Of a DNA stretch of 64,000 nt, positions 58,251 through 64,000 are shown one piece after another. The notes below the pieces were generated by a model. That model was not told the DNA's origin. It was given only the letters and a program-made list of their open reading frames with translations, and ran no database searches. A program made the position numbers and the translations under genes. The stretch is from Candidatus Aenigmatarchaeota archaeon (GTDB lineage: Archaea > Aenigmatarchaeota > Aenigmatarchaeia > QMZP01), in contig JBDRSV010000024.1 of assembly GCA_043824495.1 (NCBI GenBank), positions 32,001 through 96,000 of the forward strand. Direction: 5' to 3'. Numbering within the stretch: the first letter of the stretch is position 1; each line of letters opens with the position of its first letter.

Positions 58251-59822
58251 ATGCTCACCAAGAAGACGATTTCACTGGTGTTCTGCTTGTTCTTGCTTCT
58301 GACTTTGACACCAGCAGACACAGGAGCGGCAACTACTCATCCATCTCCAACCTGGAGTCCGGAAGTTTTGTATAATCAACATCCGGCATTTCAGATTTTC
58401 AGAGAGATCAGCGAAATTCCCCGCTGCTCTGGAAATGAGCAAGCATTTGCAGACTGGATAATTTTCTGGGCTGCGGAAAGGGGATGGAGTTCCCAACAGG
58501 ACTCTGCAGGAAACCTGCTCGTACACGTATCGGCGTCTCCGGGACTCGAGAGCGCTGATACAATTACGTTTCAATGTCATTTAGATATGGCGTGCGTGGA
58601 CACAGCAGGAAACAGGCTTAGAGATGATGCATTCCCACTCAAGCTTGTCAGGGAAGGTGACTGGTTGTCTGCCGAGGGAACAACCCTTGGTGCAGACAAC
58701 GGAATTGCAATTGCAGTCATACTCACGCTCGCCGAACGCGAAGACCATGGTCCGTTCAAACTCCTCTTCACAACCGGGGAAGAGGTGGGCATTGTTGGTG
58801 CGAGTCATCTCGATCTTGACATCTCTGAGAGGATGATCAACCTGGACAATGAATTCTCCGGGACCTCTATCATCGGATCCGCTGGTTACGTCTTCACAAG
58901 ATCCACACGTTCCCTGTACTACAACGTCAAGGCTCCAGCAGAAAACTCATGGGAAATAACGGTCAACGGGCTAACTGGTGGGCACTCTGGAGTAGAAATA
59001 TACCCTGAACGCGGAAACGCTGCGAAGATCTTGGCGCGAGTCTTGGACAAGGCCTTTTTCTATCCCAACCACTTTTCTATGCTGGGCGACATCCAAGTAA
59101 AAGGCGCCGTAAATGCTATTCCGAAAACGGCTACAGCAGAAATTTGGGTGGCATATCTCGATTCGAACGGAATCGAAGAGAGACTACGTCCCATCAGATC
59201 CGAGCTGAAAAAGGAATTTGCATCAAGCGATTCCAATCTCGCGATCATATTCAGGTCTAGTTCTCGGACTGAGTTTATGGCAGACGAAGTGGCGCATGAT
59301 GTGATCAATTTTCTCCTGGAGATGCCAGACGGTGTCATTAGCATGTCACTTGATCTGGAGGATGTTCCATACACATCCTCGAATGTTGGAGTCGTGAAAA
59401 TCGAAAACGACTCTCTGGTTGTGGAAATATTGTCCCGATCCTTCTCTGATGACGATCTTTCCTGTATGAAAATGGAGATCGATCGCATCTGCCAGAGTCA
59501 CAGTGCCACTGTAGAGTTCCCTGTAGAATCTTCAGGTTGGGAACCAAACCCTGACTCATATCTCCTTCAGGTCGCGCAAAAAACATGGGGTGAATGCGTT
59601 GGTGAGAATCTCAAACTTGTGGCAGTTCACGCAGGGTTGGAAGCTGGCGCAATTCAAAACCGATGTGAAATCCTGTTTCCTAACAGGATAATGGACGTCA
59701 TCTCACTTGGCCCCCAAATCGAGAAATCACACACATCAGATGAGAGAGCGTCCATCACATCCGTCGTCCAACTCTACAATTTCATGAAAGTTTTCGTGCT
59801 CGAATTGGTACATGAAAACTGA
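58251..59822 (+). CDS. PepD-like (M20C) peptidase with N-terminal signal peptide
   Basis: FQCHLDM, GADNGIA, TTGEEVG, NLDNE, GGHSG, HAGLEAG, SHTSDE; signal peptide MLTKKTISLVFCLFLLLTLTPADTGA; GGGGAG SD; elevated GC. Confidence 0.9.
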   Translation: MLTKKTISLVFCLFLLLTLTPADTGAATTHPSPTWSPEVLYNQHPAFQIFREISEIPRCSGNEQAFADWIIFWAAERGWSSQQDSAGNLLVHVSASPGLESADTITFQCHLDMACVDTAGNRLRDDAFPLKLVREGDWLSAEGTTLGADNGIAIAVILTLAEREDHGPFKLLFTTGEEVGIVGASHLDLDISERMINLDNEFSGTSIIGSAGYVFTRSTRSLYYNVKAPAENSWEITVNGLTGGHSGVEIYPERGNAAKILARVLDKAFFYPNHFSMLGDIQVKGAVNAIPKTATAEIWVAYLDSNGIEERLRPIRSELKKEFASSDSNLAIIFRSSSRTEFMADEVAHDVINFLLEMPDGVISMSLDLEDVPYTSSNVGVVKIENDSLVVEILSRSFSDDDLSCMKMEIDRICQSHSATVEFPVESSGWEPNPDSYLLQVAQKTWGECVGENLKLVAVHAGLEAGAIQNRCEILFPNRIMDVISLGPQIEKSHTSDERASITSVVQLYNFMKVFVLELVHEN

Positions 59823-59931
59823 TTGAGGTCTGTAGTGAATCACGTAGAAAAAAAGGAACAGAAGAGAATGTTAATTTTTTCAAATCAAGCAGCGAACAAC
59901 AAAGTTCGCTCAGAAAACTGAGGTGATTTTC

Positions 59932-61443
59932 ATGACTCAACAGGAAGCCCTCACAAGGCTTACAAAACTCTGGGGAAAGGCTGCACTTCTCGATTCTTGT
60001 GGCCAGCTTCTGGGATGGGACGAACGAGTTTACATGCCCAGAAAGGGTGCAAAACATCGCGCAGATCAGCTTGCCATGGTGGCGGGAATGGTGCATGAAC
60101 TCCAGGTTGATCCCAGAATCGGTGATCTTCTGGGTGCAATCAGCGGAAGTGATCTGGTTCGCGACCCGAGTTCAGACGCTGACGTCATCGTCCGCGAAAT
60201 CGGCCGGGCTCACTACCGGCTGGTGAAAATGCCGCAATCGCTGGTCGAAGAGATCACGCGCGTCACTACGCTCGCCCAGGGTGCGTGGGGCGAGGCGCGC
60301 GCCAACTCCGACTTCAAGTCGTTCAAGCCATGGCTGGAGAAAGTCATCGCACTGAAGAAGCAGGAAGCCGAAGCCGTCGGGTACAAAGACGATCCATACG
60401 ATGCCATGCTCGATGTTTACGAGCCGGGCGCAACGGTCACCTCAATCGACGAGATCTTCGCCAAGAACCGTGAAGAACTCGTGATGCTCCTCGATAAGAT
60501 CAAAGGCTCGGGCAAAGGCCCCGACACCACGATCATCACCCGTGAATATCCAATCGAAGCACAGAAGACATTCGGTCACGAGGGCGCTGCCGCAATCGGT
60601 TTCGACTTCGAGCGCGGTCGTCTCGATATCACGACCCACCCCTTTTGCGCCGGCATCGGCCCCGGCGATACGCGCATCACCACTCGTTACGATGTCCATC
60701 ATTTCCCCGGCGCGTTCTTCGGTATACTGCACGAGGCCGGACACGGTATCTACGACCAATGTCTGCCCGATGACAAGTTTGGCAGTCCGCTGGGTGAGTA
60801 TATCTCGCTCGGTATCCACGAGTCGCAGTCGCGCATGTGGGAAAATATGGTCGGACGCTCACGCGCCTTCTGGACACGCATGTATCCCAAAGCGCAGAAG
60901 GCATTCCCCAAAGCGTTAGGCGATGTTCCGGTTGACGCGTTCTATTGGGCGATCAACGACGTCCGTCCGTCGTTCATCCGTGTCGAAGCCGACGAGGCCA
61001 CTTACAACCTGCACATTCTGCTGCGTTTCGAAATGGAGCGCGCGTTCTTCTCGGGTGACTTGAAGGTCGATGACATCCCGGGCGCCTGGAACGAGAAATT
61101 CAAATCATACTTCGGCATCACCCCGCCCAATGACGCGCAGGGCTGCATGCAGGACGTTCACTGGAGCGCGGGACTGGTTGGCTATTTCCCGACCTACGCA
61201 CTTGGCAATCTCTACTCTGCGCAGTTCTTCGCCAAAGCCAACGAGGATCTCGGCGACCTCCACGCCCAATTCGCCAAGGGCGAGTTCGCACCGCTGAAGA
61301 AGTGGCTGCAAGACAACATCCACAGCCACGGCCGCCGCTATCTCGCATGCGAGCTGGTCGAACGTGTCACCGGCAAGCCGCTCGGCTCCGAAGCGGTGAT
61401 GGCGTACATGAACAAGAAGTTCGGTGAACTCTACGGCTTCTGA
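59932..61443 (+). CDS. Carboxypeptidase Taq-like metallocarboxypeptidase (M32)
   Basis: LGWDERVYMP, YDAMLDVYEPG, HPF, LHEAGHGIY (HEXXH), HESQS, IRVEADE, QDVHW, GYFPTYALGN. ATG 59932 after a GAGGTGA SD. Confidence 0.96.
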   Translation: MTQQEALTRLTKLWGKAALLDSCGQLLGWDERVYMPRKGAKHRADQLAMVAGMVHELQVDPRIGDLLGAISGSDLVRDPSSDADVIVREIGRAHYRLVKMPQSLVEEITRVTTLAQGAWGEARANSDFKSFKPWLEKVIALKKQEAEAVGYKDDPYDAMLDVYEPGATVTSIDEIFAKNREELVMLLDKIKGSGKGPDTTIITREYPIEAQKTFGHEGAAAIGFDFERGRLDITTHPFCAGIGPGDTRITTRYDVHHFPGAFFGILHEAGHGIYDQCLPDDKFGSPLGEYISLGIHESQSRMWENMVGRSRAFWTRMYPKAQKAFPKALGDVPVDAFYWAINDVRPSFIRVEADEATYNLHILLRFEMERAFFSGDLKVDDIPGAWNEKFKSYFGITPPNDAQGCMQDVHWSAGLVGYFPTYALGNLYSAQFFAKANEDLGDLHAQFAKGEFAPLKKWLQDNIHSHGRRYLACELVERVTGKPLGSEAVMAYMNKKFGELYGF

Positions 61444-61594
61444 GAAGTACAATACACCGAATAAACCAGAGTCACTAAAACCCGATAACCTTTAATCCCA
61501 GTGGCTAGTAGTGTCGGTCGCTGGGCTGTGGTTCGAGGGAGTTCGCCACAAGAGGCTCGATGTTCAAGGAGACTGGACTCGAAAGGTTGACAAC

Positions 61595-62002
61595 ATGATG
61601 AGACGCATGATTTTCTTGTTGCTGTCGCTTCTGCTGGTGATCAGTTGCTCAGACTCGGATACTTCAGACGGTTTCTTCCCAAGTCTTGACGAGCAGTATG
61701 CTCAGGGTCTGGGAATGTCTTCTGACAAACCATTTCAGGGATTTTATGATCTTAGTAGTGGATGCAAGATCATACCTGGTGGTCATGTCGAAATTTGCTG
61801 CAGAATCCAAGGCGGTCTTAGTCTGGCTGTCAAGGACGCAGTGAATCGCTCCGATCGACTAAAAATAGAATTCGGTGGTATCGAGAGCGTCTTATTCGAA
61901 TCTGGTCAGACAGAAGACACCTTGCGATTGACGGCGATTTCCGAAAAACACCGCGAGAAAAGGTTGTACATTGTGGTGGTGAACAGTGCTGTGGGGACAT
62001 AG
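61595..62002 (+). CDS. Hypothetical protein with bacterial lipoprotein-like signal
   Basis: MMRRMIFLLLSLLLVISC-SDSDTSDG: lipobox-like VISC followed by a polar linker. Confidence 0.55.
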   Translation: MMRRMIFLLLSLLLVISCSDSDTSDGFFPSLDEQYAQGLGMSSDKPFQGFYDLSSGCKIIPGGHVEICCRIQGGLSLAVKDAVNRSDRLKIEFGGIESVLFESGQTEDTLRLTAISEKHREKRLYIVVVNSAVGT

Positions 62003-62165
62003 GTTCTCGCCGCGAATCCAAACAGGTATTCAAGAAGAGTCAATTCCTTCTGCCTGTTTTTAATTTGTCTAATTAAAGGGATATAGAAAGAAAAAATTAG
62101 AAATGTTCAGACATATAAACCTTATAAACTATAATGCTCAATAATTGGTATAATTCGAAAGGAAA

Positions 62166-62513
62166 ATGACATATATGAAAGCTAAGACAGATATTGGGGT
62201 TGGTTTGAAGCCACCTGAGCATAAATGTGAAGAAGAAAACTGTGCATGGCACGGGAAATTGCCTGTCAGAGGCAGAGTGTTTAGAGGTAGAGTTAGGGCC
62301 GCTAAATCTCAGAAAACAGCTATAATCGACTGGGGATTCCATAGATTCGTGCCTAAATACGAGAGATATGAGAGAAGAAAATCAAGAGTGACTGTTCATA
62401 ATCCTGGCTGTATGAATGCTAAAGAAGGGGATAATGTTGTAATAGCAGAATGCAGACCAATTTCAAAGACAAAGCACTTTGTAATTGTTGGTGTGCAAAA
62501 GGAAGGAAAATAA
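62166..62513 (+). CDS. rps17: 30S ribosomal protein S17
   Basis: CEEENCAWHG, KYERYERRKS, AECRPISKTKHFV. Confidence 0.96.
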   Translation: MTYMKAKTDIGVGLKPPEHKCEEENCAWHGKLPVRGRVFRGRVRAAKSQKTAIIDWGFHRFVPKYERYERRKSRVTVHNPGCMNAKEGDNVVIAECRPISKTKHFVIVGVQKEGK

Positions 62514-62514
62514 T

Positions 62515-62913
62515 ATGAAAGCGATATCAGCCAATATGACAAGGTGTTTGCCTGTGGGAGCAAGAATTAATTGTGTAGATAATTCAGGAGCAAAAATAAT
62601 TAGAATAATTTCTGTAAGAGGATTTAAAGGTATACGAAGAACAATTCCTTCAACTGGTATTGCTGGTTTATTCCAGTGTAAAGTACTCAAAGGAAATGAG
62701 AAAGTTCGACATCTGGTTCATAAAGCTGTTATTGTAAGACAAACAAAAGAATTCAGAAGAGCAGACGGAACAAGAGTGTCATTCGAAGATAATGCAGCTG
62801 TATTAGTGGATGACAAAGGGGATCCAAAGGGTAATAGCATCAAGGGTCCTATTGCAAGGGAAGTTGTTGAGAGATTCCCAACAATTGGTAAGATTGCAAG
62901 CACAGTAGTTTAA
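62515..62913 (+). CDS. rpl14: 50S ribosomal protein L14
   Basis: CVDNSGAK, FEDNAAVLV, KGPIAREV. Confidence 0.96.
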   Translation: MKAISANMTRCLPVGARINCVDNSGAKIIRIISVRGFKGIRRTIPSTGIAGLFQCKVLKGNEKVRHLVHKAVIVRQTKEFRRADGTRVSFEDNAAVLVDDKGDPKGNSIKGPIAREVVERFPTIGKIASTVV

Positions 62914-63266
62914 TGGTGACTGACATGACAGATAACATAGATTTCAGTGAATTCCAAAAAGTTAATATAAGAATAGGAACAATTGAAGCAGCTGAGCCTG
63001 TTGAGAACACAGAAAAGCTGTTGAGGCTTCAAATAAGTTTAGGCGAAGAGAAGAGACAAATTGTTTCTAGTATAGCAAAGGATTTCACACCTGATCAACT
63101 CATTGGTAAGCAAATACCAATACTTACCAACCTGGAGCCAAAAAGTTTCAGAGGAATTGAAAGTCAGGGTATGATCTTACTGGTCGTAGAGGAACAAGAT
63201 GGTTCAGAAAAGCTCACATTAATAACGCCTGAAAATAAAGTTCCTACAGGATCTACAGTCAGGTAA
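62913..63266 (+). CDS. Free-standing tRNA-binding OB-fold protein (MetRS C-terminal/Trbp111/CsaA-like)
   Basis: IDFSEFQKVNIRIGTI, EKRQIVS, TNLEPK..RGIESQGMIL. Confidence 0.9.
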   Translation: MVTDMTDNIDFSEFQKVNIRIGTIEAAEPVENTEKLLRLQISLGEEKRQIVSSIAKDFTPDQLIGKQIPILTNLEPKSFRGIESQGMILLVVEEQDGSEKLTLITPENKVPTGSTVR

Positions 63267-63271
63267 GAGTA

Positions 63272-63616
63272 ATGTCAAAAAAGAGAACAGTTGCAATATT
63301 GGTGGGGATATTAATGTTGTTATTGGTATTCCTGGTCGTACTACCGCTATCATTCGACTCTTCATTGGGAGCTGACTCATTACCTGATTCAGCTTTTTAT
63401 GAAATTGAATTAGCAGGTGAGAACATAGCATGTGGTATATCACTTGATAGAAAAGCATGTTTGCTTGAACTTGCTAATGAAAGAGACCAAGAAGTGGAAG
63501 AGTTAAATATAAAACAAAGAAGATTATTCGATGAAGATGAAAAGCAACAGTATGAATTGCTCATAATTAAAACTGAAAACGCAGCTTCGAGATTAAGAAT
63601 CGAGGCACTAAAATAG
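63272..63616 (+). CDS. Hypothetical membrane-anchored coiled-coil protein
   Basis: N-terminal TM helix followed by a charged helical region. Confidence 0.6.
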   Translation: MSKKRTVAILVGILMLLLVFLVVLPLSFDSSLGADSLPDSAFYEIELAGENIACGISLDRKACLLELANERDQEVEELNIKQRRLFDEDEKQQYELLIIKTENAASRLRIEALK

Positions 63617-63624
63617 GAGATCAA

Positions 63625-64000
63625 ATGAAACAGACATGGTCTAAAGACTGGTTGAGTTCAAAACAACCAAGAAAGCAAAGGAAATATAGAGCTAATGCAC
63701 CGCTCCATATTAGACGTAAGTTTATTTCTGCACACTTGAGTGAAGATTTGAGAAGACAATTCAGTAGAAGAGCATTCCCTCTAAGAAAAGGTGATCAAGT
63801 AGAAATTATGAGAGGTAGCTTCAGAGGTAAGAAAGGTCAGGTAACTCGAGTAAACTTGTCAAAAAGTAAAGTTTACGTTGAAGGTGTAAACGTGAAAAAA
63901 GTGGATGGATCTGAAGTTGCAAGAGGAATCCAACCTTCCAACATTAGAATAATCAGTCTGAACCTTGACGATAAAAAGAGAAGAATCGCTGTAGACAGAA
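63625..64000 (+). CDS. rpl24: 50S ribosomal protein L24 (runs off window end)
   Basis: Hand translation from ATG 63625: SKQPRKQRKYRANAPLHIRRK...LRKGDQVEIMRGSFRGKKG...IQPSNIRI. Confidence 0.95.
   Translation, partial: MKQTWSKDWLSSKQPRKQRKYRANAPLHIRRKFISAHLSEDLRRQFSRRAFPLRKGDQVEIMRGSFRGKKGQVTRVNLSKSKVYVEGVNVKKVDGSEVARGIQPSNIRIISLNLDDKKRRIAVDR

Larger units (their letters stand above)
57174..62100. mobile_element. Horizontally acquired island inserted between rnp1 and rps17 (no mobility gene)
   Basis: Interrupts the conserved rnp1-rps17 adjacency. GC rises sharply (two sampled 60-mers in the M32 gene: 35/60 and 43/60 G+C). Right boundary approximate. Confidence 0.6.

Noticed and set aside
59782-61452. 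Numerous 60-140 aa alternative-frame and antisense ORFs, here and throughout the ORF track
   Set aside because: They overlap well-supported genes, lack motifs, and are expected shadows, especially in GC-rich DNA.
61475-61560. attC-like site (TAAC...hairpin...GTT) suggesting an integron cassette array
   Set aside because: R'' (CGATAAC) and R' (GTTCGAG) are not complementary, the spacer geometry is wrong, similar sites do not flank the other island genes, and the integrase shows no recognisable IntI insertion.
1-64000. CRISPR arrays, rRNA genes and IS transposases
   Set aside because: No regularly spaced repeat-spacer pattern, rRNA-like sequence or transposase motif was seen.

Overview
AT-rich archaeal chromosome segment. 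The gene content looks DPANN-like, and Aenigmarchaeota is my best guess (inference). From left to right it carries: a giant secreted M6-metalloprotease/cohesin/PKD/caspase-like fusion that runs off the window start; an HDAC; a free-standing HTH-LAGLIDADG protein; SNase-LTD; FKBP; ftsZ; a classical lower mevalonate operon (mvaD-HAD-Nudix-mvk-pmk); and tRNA-Thr(GGT). Next is a cryptic tRNA-Trp(CCA) split by three introns (3/4, 37/38, 59/60), directly abutting a tyrosine integrase. A GC-rich secreted PepD-like cassette follows, bracketed by diverged 319-bp integrase repeats. Further right are a large S8 protease with a dockerin, a type IV pilus/Tad locus with six class III signal-peptide proteins and a vWA adhesin, a HerA-like ATPase, housekeeping genes (DRG, rsmA, top6B/A, corA, topA) and the ribosomal protein superoperon. 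That operon is rearranged (rps13-rps4-rps11-rpl3 divergent from rpl4) and interrupted by a ~4.9-kb GC-rich peptidase island and a second small insertion. No CRISPR array or rRNA gene was seen. The strongest unexplained signal is the triple-intron tRNA-Trp/integrase locus. All homology calls are from motif recognition by eye; no database was searched.
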